Positions 1-10,005 of a stretch of DNA of 61,267 bases are shown piece by piece; within the stretch, counting starts at the first letter, position 1, and every line of letters begins with the position of its first letter. Below the pieces are notes generated by a model. The model was not told the origin of the DNA, did no database searches, and saw nothing but the letters and a program-made list of their open reading frames with translations. The stretch comes from a virus. Taxonomy: Duplodnaviria > Caudoviricetes. A program made the translations under genes and the position numbers. The DNA is taken from the IMG/VR virus record IMGVR_UViG_3300018080_000191, positions 1 through 61,267 of that record; one strand, 5' to 3'.

Positions 1-1218
1 ACAGAGATAAAACGAGTGCTGAAAAAAGACGGTACGTGCTGGGTGAATATAGGGGATAGTTATAGCAATTATAAAGATTGTAAATCTATTGGACAAACCA
101 TAGCAAAAAATACTTCCAGAGAAAATGCACATTATATTGAAAAGGGTAAATCTGTAACACGCAATTCAAGAATGTTAAAAAAAATGGGATTGCCTGATAA
201 ATCTCTCTGTTGCATCCCTTTCCGCTTCGCTATCCGCATGATAGACTCTGGCTGGATACTCCGTAATACAATAATATGGCACAAGCCGAATTGTATGCCG
301 TCAAGCGTTGGGGATCGATTTACGGTGGATTTTGAATATCTTTTCTTTTTCAGTAAATCAAACACAGCATTATATTGGACAAATGAAAAGACAATGAAGT
401 TGGTGGATAAACAGCCATTGGGAATACATGGTAAAGAAGGGGAAGATTGGGAGTGGATAGAATGTCCTAATTGTGAGAGTAAAGGGATGACAGCAAATGG
501 GAAAATGTGTAAACGGTGCAAAGGAAAAGGCGGAATAAGGCGTAGTTTTTGGACGGGGCATGATTATTATTTTGAGCAGCAATTCGATCAATACAATAAG
601 CCTTTAAATCGATGGGGTGGGGACAGGACAAGGGATACCGATTATTCGAAAGGTGATGATTTTGCAGTTAAAGAAAGAGCTGGCAGGGAAAGAAGGCCCG
701 ACGGGAGGGGAAGAAATAAAAGGACCGTATGGAGTATTAACGTTTCTAGATATCCTGGAACTCATTTTGCTGTTTTCCCTGAAGAACTCCTTGTAGCGCC
801 TATAAACGCTGGATGCCCTGAGTATATTTGCAAGAAATGTGGAAAGCCGAGAGAAAAAGTATATGAGTATGCGGAAGATGAAAATTGGGGGGGCAATAGT
901 GCTAGGGCCGGCAAGACCGTTGAGGAAATGGGTGGTTCCGGTAAGTGGCGTGGCGATAGGACTGTCGGCAGGGTTAAGATGGGACCGATGCCAAGGGAAA
1001 GAGGGACGATTGGTTATACTGATTGTGGCTGTGGGACTGGATTTAGGCCCGGGGTAGTTTTGGACCCGTTCATGGGCAGTGGAACGACAGCTTTAACAGC
1101 CTTAAAGATGGGGAGGCGGTTTGTGGGGATTGAGCTTAATTCTGAGTATATAGAGATGGCAAACAAGCGCATAGAGCCGTATTTGGAACAGTCAAACTTA
1201 TTTTTGGAGGTAATATGA
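1..1218 (+). CDS. DNA methyltransferase (N4-C/N6-A, beta class) with Cys-rich insertions; 5'-truncated
   Basis: Frame is open from base 1 (TEIKRVLKKDGTCWVNIGD). Motifs LRNTIIWHKPN, HFAVFPEEL and SAM-binding VLDPFMGSGTT...GIELN are present. The catalytic PPY motif would lie upstream of the window. Confidence 0.92.
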   Translation, partial: TEIKRVLKKDGTCWVNIGDSYSNYKDCKSIGQTIAKNTSRENAHYIEKGKSVTRNSRMLKKMGLPDKSLCCIPFRFAIRMIDSGWILRNTIIWHKPNCMPSSVGDRFTVDFEYLFFFSKSNTALYWTNEKTMKLVDKQPLGIHGKEGEDWEWIECPNCESKGMTANGKMCKRCKGKGGIRRSFWTGHDYYFEQQFDQYNKPLNRWGGDRTRDTDYSKGDDFAVKERAGRERRPDGRGRNKRTVWSINVSRYPGTHFAVFPEELLVAPINAGCPEYICKKCGKPREKVYEYAEDENWGGNSARAGKTVEEMGGSGKWRGDRTVGRVKMGPMPRERGTIGYTDCGCGTGFRPGVVLDPFMGSGTTALTALKMGRRFVGIELNSEYIEMANKRIEPYLEQSNLFLEVI

Positions 1219-1565
1219 AGATAGAAGATTATTTCGGAAAAAAAATTGATCTTGACGAAACGTATTTTCTGTTTTTCCCGGAAAAGCCGAGAGAGATGAG
1301 CAGGCAACAGAGGGAGGAGTATGATCGAATCTGTAAGCTGCCGGAACGATTTAAGCGCGAGCTGCTAGCGAAGCTTTCCCCGAAAGACAATCCTAATGTT
1401 GTTGAGGTCACGGGCAAGCAACTTATTGAGATTACCGAAAAATCGAAGAGTATACCGTATTTTTGTATGAATTTCGAAAAGAATAAACGGTTAATGTTGG
1501 CCCCTGCCGAGCATATTGACTTTTACGTCCGACACTCAAAAGTATTAGCTGGAGGAGAAAAATGA
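1215..1565 (+). CDS. hypothetical phage protein
   Basis: GGAGG SD, ATGA overlap with the upstream gene, 116 aa. Confidence 0.75.
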   Translation: MKIEDYFGKKIDLDETYFLFFPEKPREMSRQQREEYDRICKLPERFKRELLAKLSPKDNPNVVEVTGKQLIEITEKSKSIPYFCMNFEKNKRLMLAPAEHIDFYVRHSKVLAGGEK

Positions 1566-1879
1566 AGATAGAGATAGAAGGGGAACTAAAAGAGGAATTA
1601 AGTGATAGCCAAAAGGATATCTGGACCGTATGTACAAGGTTGGGGCATTTTCTATCAGAGAAGAATAAAAATTATGGTAATAGCGCACTGAACCCGATGA
1701 GGGTATTCAGCGATCTGAATCCCGAAGAACAGCTCCGGGTCCGGATAGATGACAAGCTTTCTCGAATACGGAATAATCCAGGTGAACCCAGGAAAAACGA
1801 TATCGTTGACCTGATGGGATACTTGGTTCTGTTTTGTGTTCGCCGGGATTGGAAGGATTTTAAGGACTTACTGGATTGA
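1562..1879 (+). CDS. DUF1599/Nmad1-like (nucleotide-modification-associated) protein
   Basis: EKNKNYGNS...RVRIDDKLSRI...DLMGYLVL pattern, GGAGG SD. Confidence 0.75.
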   Translation: MKIEIEGELKEELSDSQKDIWTVCTRLGHFLSEKNKNYGNSALNPMRVFSDLNPEEQLRVRIDDKLSRIRNNPGEPRKNDIVDLMGYLVLFCVRRDWKDFKDLLD

Positions 1880-1888
1880 GGGGGCGTT

Positions 1889-2146
1889 ATGGAGATTGTT
1901 AAAGTATTTCATGTAGAGGGATATCAAATAATAAACGGTAATATCAAAGTTAGCCTTGAGGTTGATGTTGTCAGAGATCGGATATCTATAAAATCGAAAA
2001 TGCCTGATGGTAAATTTTTGTTTGAGAAGTCAGATCCTACTCTTGCTGAGCAAGTTGGTGAAACGATTATGCGTGCAGCAAATAAGGGTCGGAGGATATT
2101 GACGGTAAGAAGAGGGCAAGACCATTTTGGAGAGGGGCTTGAGTAG
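1889..2146 (+). CDS. hypothetical protein
   Basis: GAGGGGG SD, tight gene packing. Confidence 0.7.
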   Translation: MEIVKVFHVEGYQIINGNIKVSLEVDVVRDRISIKSKMPDGKFLFEKSDPTLAEQVGETIMRAANKGRRILTVRRGQDHFGEGLE

Positions 2147-2346
2147 TGATGGTGGTGCGGTTATTGTGTAAGTCAATCATGTTTTATGCCAGGTTGCATC
2201 TTTTGGAGCGGAAACTCAAAAAAAAGGAAAAACGCTCGCTATTGTTGCTGCAGAAGTGTGACGGGAATAAGTGTTTTTATTATAAGGGATATCTCAAGGG
2301 TGTTGACGAGTGTAGAAGTGAGCTCAGAAAAATATGGAGAAAATAG
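2146..2346 (+). CDS. hypothetical protein
   Basis: Coupled to the upstream stop and fills the gap. Confidence 0.5.
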   Translation: MMVVRLLCKSIMFYARLHLLERKLKKKEKRSLLLLQKCDGNKCFYYKGYLKGVDECRSELRKIWRK

Positions 2347-2579
2347 TTGTATTCCCGGAAGTTACAGACCCGCGAGTGAGAAAATCACTTGATAGGCTTG
2401 ATAAGAATATGAAGAAACCGAAATCATATAATTGTTTTATTTGTCAGAGAGAGGTTGATTTTGAGGATCTGTGGTTTCTGAAAAAGAGTGGGAGAGGGGA
2501 AATGGGCCTTTGTTTAAAATGTTTTCTGGCTGAAAGTAGTAGTGCGAAAAAGAACAGCTTAATAATAGAAAATTCATAG
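2334..2579 (+). CDS. hypothetical Zn-finger protein
   Basis: CFIC...CLKC cysteine pairs. Confidence 0.6.
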   Translation: MEKIVVFPEVTDPRVRKSLDRLDKNMKKPKSYNCFICQREVDFEDLWFLKKSGRGEMGLCLKCFLAESSSAKKNSLIIENS

Positions 2580-2587
2580 GGGGAAGC

Positions 2588-3079
2588 ATGAAGAAGCGTA
2601 TTAGAAAGTTCAGAGAGTATTATCATAATGCTGTAGATGAATACTTTCCGGTATCTGATGTTTTACGGCTTGAGCACAAGGGACTATATAATAAGGATTT
2701 TCTAATGTTAATCGTTCTTTGGAATCATGAAGCCATGATGAATCCGGAGAATTGTGACGACTATGTGATAATAAAAAATGATGAGGAAATTGAAATTATA
2801 CCAAACCCCCATCGGGAGCCCGAAAACGTTCAGAAGGTTAAAGAACGAAAGGGAGAGCGTAAAAGCAAAAAGCAACAAGAGAAGCTCCAAGAGCCCGATG
2901 TAGATGACGGGGAAAATCTCCAGGGCGGAAGGGTGGAAGATGGGAAAGGACGGGAAAGAAAAGTCGACAACAATGAAAACGGAAACGGGAGCACTGATGG
3001 TAACGGAAAAGCCAGTAACGCTTCAGGCACGAGTAAAGTCGAAGTTGAGTCAGGAGCAAACTCCGGATACGAGGCATGA
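2588..3079 (+). CDS. hypothetical protein with low-complexity C-terminus
   Basis: GGGGGA SD; stop lies 7 nt before the likely terS TTG start. Confidence 0.6.
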   Translation: MKKRIRKFREYYHNAVDEYFPVSDVLRLEHKGLYNKDFLMLIVLWNHEAMMNPENCDDYVIIKNDEEIEIIPNPHREPENVQKVKERKGERKSKKQQEKLQEPDVDDGENLQGGRVEDGKGRERKVDNNENGNGSTDGNGKASNASGTSKVEVESGANSGYEA

Positions 3080-3086
3080 GGTAAGG

Positions 3087-3608
3087 TTGAGTCCCAGGCA
3101 GCGGCTTTTTGTCTTAGAGTATTTAAAAGACTTTAATGCTACCCAGGCCTATATGCGAGCTGGCTATAAATCGAAGGGAGAGGCAGCGTGGACAAATGCA
3201 TCAAGGTTGCTTAATAGTGATAAGATTCAGTCAGTTCTGAGGGGGATTTTAAAGGAAATTATCGATTCAAAGCAAATAGAGGCCGAATATCGGGTGCGAA
3301 ATGAGGTTATGGAAATTGCTCTTGCTGATATTTCAGAGTTTGTGGATGTTTCCGGAAACAGGCTGTATGTTAAGAATTTTGACGAGATTGGTAGTACCAG
3401 GCCGATTAAGTCGGTAAGGGAGAAGAGGACCACCAGGACAACAAAAAATGGGGATGTTGTTGAACATGTTGATCTTGAATTTACAATGCACGATAAACTA
3501 CGGGCACTTGAGAGCGCGATAAAGATACTGGAAATAGTAAAAGAGGGGGATCCTGGCGAGCCGAAAAAAATGATCATAAAGCTGGTTAAGGGAACAGAGG
3601 ATTGGTAG
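3087..3608 (+). CDS. terS: terminase small subunit
   Basis: LSPRQRLFVLEYLKDFNATQAYMRAGY HTH signature directly upstream of terL. TTG start at 3087 with GAGGT SD preferred over ATG 2904. Confidence 0.9.
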   Translation: MSPRQRLFVLEYLKDFNATQAYMRAGYKSKGEAAWTNASRLLNSDKIQSVLRGILKEIIDSKQIEAEYRVRNEVMEIALADISEFVDVSGNRLYVKNFDEIGSTRPIKSVREKRTTRTTKNGDVVEHVDLEFTMHDKLRALESAIKILEIVKEGDPGEPKKMIIKLVKGTEDW

Positions 3609-5032
3609 TAATTGATGATAAAATAAGGCTGACTGAAAAACAGCTATGTGGCGCGGAGTTGCTTGCTGACGTGACCAAAAAGTATATTCTTTTTTATGGT
3701 GGCTCTCGGTCCGGGAAAACCTTTTTGGCGTGCCATTTTATTCGGCATCGGGCTAGGAAGTATGCTGGCAGCAAGCATCTTATCGCTAGATACTCATTTG
3801 CAAATGCGAAAAAAACGGTTTGGATACAAACCCTTCGACCGCTTCTTCGTGAAGATGAACGCAGGGGGCTTTGCTCAATAAATGAAACGACGGGAATCAC
3901 CACATATAAAAACGGTTCTATTGTTGTTCTAGGGGGCCTTGAACCTTCTAGAATAGATAGCGTATTGGCTGCGGAATATGCAACGATATTTATTACCGAG
4001 GCAAATGAAAATAAATTTTCTGACGTTGAACAGCTCTTTTCACGGCTGAATGATACGGCTATGGATGAGGATGGGAATATTATCCCGTTAAGGTTTATTT
4101 GTGACCTGAACCCTACAGTCAATAGTCACTGGACAAATATATTATTTAGAGCTGGCCTGGACCCGCAGACCAAGGAGCCGAGAGCAAACTATCACGAATT
4201 TGGATTTTTGCATTTTCGTCCCGAGGACAATGAGGAGAATCTGGCAGGGGGATATATTGAGTCATTACGATCATTGTCGCCGGCTATGAAGAAAAGATTT
4301 TACGAGGGGGAATACGGGGCTTACGAGGGACTGGTGTATCAGCTCGACGAGCCAGTTCATATAGTTGATGATTTTGGAATACCAAGACAGTGGGCTAGGG
4401 GAATGGCGATTGATTTTGGGTATACGCATGCGTTCGGGTGCTTATGGGGTGCTCTTGATGAATCGAATGAGACATTATATATTTATAAGGAATATAAACA
4501 GAAAAGAATTACTGTTCGACAGCACTCAATTGTTCTCAAAGAGATGATGGGCTGGAATGGTGAAGGCCATTTCAGGCAAGAAGATTATGTATCGTGGATT
4601 GTTACAGATCATGATGCTGAAGATCGAGCTACCCTAAAGGAAAATGAAATTATTACATTACCGGCGAACAAAGAAGTTTTGGTGGGTATTGACAATGTTG
4701 TGGATTTGCTGTATCATGATGAAGATAAAAAGACGAATATAAAGATTTTTCGCTCCTGTACGGAGCTTATTTCGGAAATGTATTCATATCGGTGGAAAGA
4801 GCAAACAACTGTTAGGCTTCCGAAGGACAGGGAGGTCGTTAAAGAGGATGATGATTTATGTGATTGCCTGCGGTATCTAGTAATGAAGTTTTTTCCTGAT
4901 AACAAGCTTCCGGGGTATATTCTGGGAAGTGGATATAAGGAAAAAAAGAGGGAGTTGGAGAAGCAGGGTCAGTCACCAGGCTTTATTTTTGGGGGGAACC
5001 CGTATGACTACCTAATAAGGAGCAAGAGATGA
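3602..5032 (+). CDS. terL: terminase large subunit (PBSX-like)
   Basis: Walker A YGGSRSGKT, Walker B-like IFITEANE, DLNP motif, nuclease IDFG...DDLCDCLRY. Confidence 0.95.
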   Translation: MVVIDDKIRLTEKQLCGAELLADVTKKYILFYGGSRSGKTFLACHFIRHRARKYAGSKHLIARYSFANAKKTVWIQTLRPLLREDERRGLCSINETTGITTYKNGSIVVLGGLEPSRIDSVLAAEYATIFITEANENKFSDVEQLFSRLNDTAMDEDGNIIPLRFICDLNPTVNSHWTNILFRAGLDPQTKEPRANYHEFGFLHFRPEDNEENLAGGYIESLRSLSPAMKKRFYEGEYGAYEGLVYQLDEPVHIVDDFGIPRQWARGMAIDFGYTHAFGCLWGALDESNETLYIYKEYKQKRITVRQHSIVLKEMMGWNGEGHFRQEDYVSWIVTDHDAEDRATLKENEIITLPANKEVLVGIDNVVDLLYHDEDKKTNIKIFRSCTELISEMYSYRWKEQTTVRLPKDREVVKEDDDLCDCLRYLVMKFFPDNKLPGYILGSGYKEKKRELEKQGQSPGFIFGGNPYDYLIRSKR

Positions 5033-5202
5033 AGCAAAAAACTTATAACAGGATAATGGTGGCATGTTGTATATTGCTGCTGGTTGTTGCGTATATGTTT
5101 GGTCGTAGATCGAAAGTAAAAGAAATCGAACAGCCGTGTAAAAAGATTGGCGAGATTCAGGCTGAACTTGATCAAATTAAAAATTTGTTAAAATGCAAAT
5201 AG
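5029..5202 (+). CDS. small membrane protein (57 aa, not in ORF track)
   Basis: AAGGAG SD, ATGA overlap; MKQKTYNRIMVACCILLLVVAYMFGRR... with one TM segment. Confidence 0.6.
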   Translation: MKQKTYNRIMVACCILLLVVAYMFGRRSKVKEIEQPCKKIGEIQAELDQIKNLLKCK

Positions 5203-5250
5203 AAACGGGCAGAGCGCAGGTGAGGGGAGATAACCGAACAGGGTAAGATT

Positions 5251-6912
5251 ATGAATGATGAAATTGAACAATATGCGTCATTTCTCGGGGTTTCCCCAGA
5301 AGAATTGATAGATAATTTTGGCTTAATAAAGGCAGACAAGCAGGGTTCTACCAAGAGGCCCGGGTATGTAGTTCCTCTCCGAGGAGCACTTGAGAGCCAA
5401 ATGGGAATGTATAGTCCTACGGGAGTGAAGCAGGGATTTTTTTATATCCAAGACAATATCCTGCGCGAGGTGGAAAGGAAAAATGCGATTGTTGGAATAG
5501 TAACTAATACAAGGTGTATGCAGATGGTAGAGTTTGCACGGCCCCAGAGCGATCCCGATAAACCCGGGTTTAGGATTAAGCTGAGGGATGAAGAGAAAAA
5601 CCCGAATAATGCAGAAAAGAAAGAGATGGCAGAGCTCGAGGAGTGGTTTTGTATGACGGGGCGTACCGATTTTGAAGGCAGCGAAGAAAGAGAGGACAAT
5701 ATTCTCGATATGATGAAACAGGCCGTAAGGGATTATCTGACGATTGATAAGATCGCGGTTGAGCTCAGGCGGGACCGTGGAGGTAGGATTGTTGATTTCT
5801 GGATGTTGGATCCCGCAACGATCAAGAGGGTTATCCAGGGGGGGTATCGCGGACAGAAAACGGATTTTGATCCGAGAGTGTATATGTTTAATGATGAATT
5901 TATGGAAAAGCTAACGGAGGCAAAGCTTAAAATCATTCCCCCGCTGGAGAAAATAGCATTTGTGCAGGAGATAGATGGTCGCCTGGTTGCTGCATTTTCG
6001 CGGGAGGACCTTATTTTTGATGTTATGAGTAGAAGAACAGATGTTAGATATAAGGGTTGGGGTTACGCTCCAGCGGAACAGGCCATGAATATGATTACCG
6101 GGTTTTTGTATGCGATAGCCTTCAACAATGAGGCTTTCAATGGGGCTGCTATTCCAAAGCTAGCCATTGCGTTTGAGCAGGGCGATTATACGCAGGCACA
6201 GCTCCAGGAATTGTCGGACGAATGGTTGGCAAATTTTCAGGGGGTTATGGGACAGTGGAGGATGCCGTTTTTTACGGGGAAGGTCCAGGCCATTGATTTA
6301 ATGAAATCAAATCGGGAAATGGAGTATCAGAAATACCTGGAGTTTACGGCTTCCCTGATAGGAGCAATATATGGGTTTGACCTGATGGAGTCGGGTCTAA
6401 AGTTTTTCTCGACAACGAACGCATTGAGCGAGAACGCGGATGCCAGGCAACAATTCTCGAAGGATCGGGGGCTAAAAAGCTTGCTCGGGCAATTAGCCAA
6501 GGTTAATAACATGATTTTGAAGAAAATGGGCCTGTCCGACAGATACGTGTTTGATTATACTGGCCTTGAGCCAAAAGATCGAGAATTTGAACAGAAGTTG
6601 CGACAGGAGAGGGTGAAGTCATACATGACGGTTGACGAGATTCGAGCTGAGGCGGATCTTGAACCCCTGCCGGACGGGAAAGGCGATTTAATCCTGGACA
6701 GTATATATATGCAGAATATTCAGGCCCAGCAGATGGCCGAGCAGGGTGGTGGTTTTGGTGACGAAGGGGAAGAGGGCTTTGGCGAAGAAGAGGGTGCTGG
6801 AGAAGAGGAGTTTGGGGCTGAACACGTAGATGAGGCCATGGACGAGGTTATGGATGAGGCCGGCCTGGAAAAAGCAGCAAAACATATAAAGGCACGAACA
6901 CTTTTGATGTGA
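5251..6912 (+). CDS. portal protein
   Basis: Follows terL; LDPATI, GYAPAE, REMEY, MTVDEIRAEADLEPLPDGKGD motifs; acidic tail. Confidence 0.92.
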   Translation: MNDEIEQYASFLGVSPEELIDNFGLIKADKQGSTKRPGYVVPLRGALESQMGMYSPTGVKQGFFYIQDNILREVERKNAIVGIVTNTRCMQMVEFARPQSDPDKPGFRIKLRDEEKNPNNAEKKEMAELEEWFCMTGRTDFEGSEEREDNILDMMKQAVRDYLTIDKIAVELRRDRGGRIVDFWMLDPATIKRVIQGGYRGQKTDFDPRVYMFNDEFMEKLTEAKLKIIPPLEKIAFVQEIDGRLVAAFSREDLIFDVMSRRTDVRYKGWGYAPAEQAMNMITGFLYAIAFNNEAFNGAAIPKLAIAFEQGDYTQAQLQELSDEWLANFQGVMGQWRMPFFTGKVQAIDLMKSNREMEYQKYLEFTASLIGAIYGFDLMESGLKFFSTTNALSENADARQQFSKDRGLKSLLGQLAKVNNMILKKMGLSDRYVFDYTGLEPKDREFEQKLRQERVKSYMTVDEIRAEADLEPLPDGKGDLILDSIYMQNIQAQQMAEQGGGFGDEGEEGFGEEEGAGEEEFGAEHVDEAMDEVMDEAGLEKAAKHIKARTLLM

Positions 6913-6926
6913 GGGGGTGTAGTGTT

Positions 6927-7805
6927 ATGAGTATCCTTAAAAGTCGCATTTCGCTTTGGAAGGTTCTTTATGAGCGATTTTACGATCCAATTAGGCTCTT
7001 AATGTGCTTTGCCCTTTTTATGGTGATTTTCGGCATATTAAGTTGCGTTAGTTATAAAATCAGGGAGGCGAGCCTGAATAAGGGCGGTGGACGAGAAAAA
7101 TATTACGACTATCATGAATACCGGGCATACAAGGTCCAGTATAAATGGCTTACAGAGGAAATATTTCGGATTGTGTGGGATGAGGCTGTAGAACGTGGTT
7201 TGGAAAGGAGAGCGATATTTGCTATCATTCAGGCAGAATCCGGAGGGCGTAATGTGGTATCCAGGAGAAATCGTAATGGAACCCGGGATTATGGATTGAT
7301 GCAGATTAACTCTGTTCACTCTCCCAAGAACCCTTGGGTCTTGTTAAATGTTAGAGTTAATGTTCGAACGGGTTGTTGGTATTTTTCGCGATGTATTAAA
7401 AAGTCTGGCGGAGTGTTGAGCGAGGCTGTTCGTTATTATAACGCCGGACTGGGTAGTAAAAGGAAAAGCTACAAAAACTGGAGACACGTATACCGGGTGG
7501 TCGCGCATTACAAAAGGAGTGCGAATTATCTCGGGCGTATCGCAATAGGAGTAGAGCGTGAAAAAACCTATCATTTTAGCTTTGTTTCTAGTGGCAGTTT
7601 TAAGGCCAGTGTATGCCGAATCCGAAACACCCAAGAGTTACGGAGTACGATGGGACAGAACCCTGCATTGGCAGTTTGGCACCCTGTCATCGATGTGCAC
7701 AACGCAGTGGTCGATGAGATATCTGAACGTGAAAGAGGATTACAAGCTTTGGGGTATAGGACTAGGGACGGCAACATTTTTGGGTATTACGAAAGAGTAT
7801 CTTGA
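6927..7805 (+). CDS. lytic transglycosylase (SLT) with N-terminal TM segment
   Basis: AIIQAESGG, DYGLMQIN, NVRTGCWY, YYNAG motifs; the last ~83 codons overlap the next gene. Confidence 0.88.
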   Translation: MSILKSRISLWKVLYERFYDPIRLLMCFALFMVIFGILSCVSYKIREASLNKGGGREKYYDYHEYRAYKVQYKWLTEEIFRIVWDEAVERGLERRAIFAIIQAESGGRNVVSRRNRNGTRDYGLMQINSVHSPKNPWVLLNVRVNVRTGCWYFSRCIKKSGGVLSEAVRYYNAGLGSKRKSYKNWRHVYRVVAHYKRSANYLGRIAIGVEREKTYHFSFVSSGSFKASVCRIRNTQELRSTMGQNPALAVWHPVIDVHNAVVDEISERERGLQALGYRTRDGNIFGYYERVS

Positions 7806-7911
7806 CCACAGGACCCTGGATATTAGGGATTGGCCAAAAGATGCGAGATACGATCTCCTGAGTTTCGTTATAGGCGGTATATGCGGTAGGTTTTTGACGT
7901 ATACCTTTTAG
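7558..7911 (+). CDS. exported/membrane protein, YfiM/DUF2279-like
   Basis: GGAG SD plus GTG start; signal peptide; DRTLH...GITKEYLD...DLL pattern. Confidence 0.6.
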   Translation: MKKPIILALFLVAVLRPVYAESETPKSYGVRWDRTLHWQFGTLSSMCTTQWSMRYLNVKEDYKLWGIGLGTATFLGITKEYLDHRTLDIRDWPKDARYDLLSFVIGGICGRFLTYTF

Positions 7912-7935
7912 GTCGGATAAGGGGAGGACGTTTCG

Positions 7936-8826
7936 ATGATTAAAACACTTTGGCTACAGTGCTTATTGCTGGAGAAAGAATTAAGAAGGAGGGGTGAGGA
8001 GATAAGCCGAATAAAAATACAGGAAGCCTTTAGCGTTCCCCAGGCGTTAGCACAGAATATTGTGTTTGCCTTAAAAAATAGGGATTTAATTCAAATTAAA
8101 CCGGAAGCATTTGAGGGTGTTGGCAAAAGGGTTCTCGTTATTGCCGATTTGCACATACCGTTTTCTGATAAGCTATGCGTGGAAACCGTACTGGAATATG
8201 CTGACGAGTATAAGCCAGATATTATTGTGATTTTGGGAGATCTTGTGGATTTTTACAAGATTTCGAAATATGTTAAGAATCCATTGAAAAAGTCGGTTTC
8301 CGGCGAACTTCAAGAGGGCGGAGGGTTCCTTGTAGATTTGCGGAATAGATATAGGAATAGTGAAATTATTTACAAACAAGGGAATCATGAGGATCGGATG
8401 ACAAGATATATAATGGAAAACGCGAAAGAGATATACGATTTGGTTTCTGACTTGTTACCGCAAAAACTCAGATTGAATGAATTAAATATTAAATATATAG
8501 TGGAGCCCTTCAGGATTGGTCGCTTGTGGTTGCTGCATGGCCATGAAAAGGTTGGGGGATCTTATAATCCGGAATATATCACAAACGTGATGTGGAAATA
8601 TATTCACGATCATTTTCTGGTTGGCCATTATCACAGGAACCAGGAAAAGATTTTCAAGAATATTGAGGGCAAACAGTTTTGGGGAGCTGCAGTGGGATAT
8701 CTAGCGGGAGAGCTTGATTGGGCAATTCTCCATAATTGGACCCATGGGTTTGCGACAATTGATTTTGATAATAGAGGAAATTTCAGGGGACGGGTGCGAA
8801 CGGTACAGGGTGGTGAAATATTCTGA
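7936..8826 (+). CDS. calcineurin-like metallophosphoesterase
   Basis: IADLH, LGDLVD, GNHE, HGH, GHYH motifs. Confidence 0.92.
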   Translation: MIKTLWLQCLLLEKELRRRGEEISRIKIQEAFSVPQALAQNIVFALKNRDLIQIKPEAFEGVGKRVLVIADLHIPFSDKLCVETVLEYADEYKPDIIVILGDLVDFYKISKYVKNPLKKSVSGELQEGGGFLVDLRNRYRNSEIIYKQGNHEDRMTRYIMENAKEIYDLVSDLLPQKLRLNELNIKYIVEPFRIGRLWLLHGHEKVGGSYNPEYITNVMWKYIHDHFLVGHYHRNQEKIFKNIEGKQFWGAAVGYLAGELDWAILHNWTHGFATIDFDNRGNFRGRVRTVQGGEIF

Positions 8827-8969
8827 TGGCAGGTAAAAGAAGAAGGAAGCAAAGGGAGAAGAGGTCGCCAACGCAAAAAACGGGGAAGCGGTTAGATACA
8901 CCAGCCCCTAGGGTGATTACTCCCAAAAATGTATATAACAGGAAAAAGAAGCACAAGGGGGAGGTATGA
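8826..8969 (+). CDS. small basic protein, ArfA-like C-terminal motif (47 aa, not in ORF track)
   Basis: MAGKRRRKQ...PRVITPKNVYNRKKKHKGEV; start and stop both coupled to the flanking genes. Confidence 0.55.
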   Translation: MAGKRRRKQREKRSPTQKTGKRLDTPAPRVITPKNVYNRKKKHKGEV

Positions 8970-9796
8970 TTTTCAAAAAACTCTTGAAAGCTTTGTATGC
9001 GATCCAAAGAGCGAAGGGCCTGGTTTGTGATTATTTGAAAAAGAGAGAAAAACTAGTTAGGCTTATTGCTTTGGGGTTGATAGCATGGGTTATGTCAACC
9101 CTCTTTACAACGTTTGTAATTTATAAGACGTTGAATAGCGGTGAGTATGATAATGGCAGGCGGAATAGGATAAAGGCAAGCAGGGCGGTACGCCATGGGT
9201 CTGTGCGAGAGCAACTTAAAGAATTAAGAAGATCTCATGATGCGTATAGAAAGGCAACACCCGGACAACTCCTTGATGTTTGGACAAACAGGTTCATTGA
9301 TGCTGAGTATAGACGAAATGGAAATGTAAAATTTAGGCAGTATGATTGCATTTCTGCTGTTTATCATTTTCTTGTTGATGACTGGGGAGCAAACCTGGTC
9401 ATGGAGAATGTGGAGGGCCTTAATGGAAGGGCTGAAAAGCTAAACAAGGATGGTCGATTGAAAATCAGAAAGTCATATAACGATATTTGTCCCGGAGATT
9501 TGATTATATTTACGCCAATTAGCGGTCGATGGCATGTTGGGGTGGTATATGATAAGAAATCGACCAGGGGCGGGAGAAGGATTTATTATGTGGACGTGAA
9601 CGCTTATGATCGCGGGATGGGTGTGTATAGCCTTGAACACAATTCCTCCCGTATTCATAAGATTATCGAGGTTTCCTATGCACTCTGGATTGGGGATCTC
9701 TATGACGAGTGGGTTGAAGAGGAGAAGGGAATAAGAGAAAAAATTGAGACTCTCGAGGAGATTCTTCAGGTATACAAAAAGGAGCTGGGGACATGA
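8966..9796 (+). CDS. membrane-anchored NlpC/P60-like cysteine peptidase
   Basis: TM helix, then YDCISAV...PGDLIIF...WHVGVV catalytic Cys/His layout; GGAGG SD. Confidence 0.65.
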   Translation: MIFKKLLKALYAIQRAKGLVCDYLKKREKLVRLIALGLIAWVMSTLFTTFVIYKTLNSGEYDNGRRNRIKASRAVRHGSVREQLKELRRSHDAYRKATPGQLLDVWTNRFIDAEYRRNGNVKFRQYDCISAVYHFLVDDWGANLVMENVEGLNGRAEKLNKDGRLKIRKSYNDICPGDLIIFTPISGRWHVGVVYDKKSTRGGRRIYYVDVNAYDRGMGVYSLEHNSSRIHKIIEVSYALWIGDLYDEWVEEEKGIREKIETLEEILQVYKKELGT

Positions 9797-10005
9797 TAGC
9801 AATATTGGAGAGGTTGGTTTTTCTGGTGTTGGGGGAAGAAAAGTTTGTTACCTGGAAAACCAGGAAGGCGTTGAAAAGGATGTATTCTGCAATGAGGCAC
9901 TTGGAGGCGGTTGATGCGAAAGAGGCGTGGTTAATTAAAAACATATTATCACAAAGTATTCACGATTTGAAAAAGTCATGCAAAACAAAAAAAGCGCAAC
10001 GATAG
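9793..10005 (+). CDS. hypothetical protein
   Basis: ATGA coupling to the upstream gene. Confidence 0.6.
   Translation: MIAILERLVFLVLGEEKFVTWKTRKALKRMYSAMRHLEAVDAKEAWLIKNILSQSIHDLKKSCKTKKAQR

Noticed and set aside
2904-3086. N-terminal extension of terS from ATG 2904
   Set aside because: It overlaps 2588-3079 by 176 bp. The TerS motif starts at TTG 3087, which has an SD. Not fully excluded.
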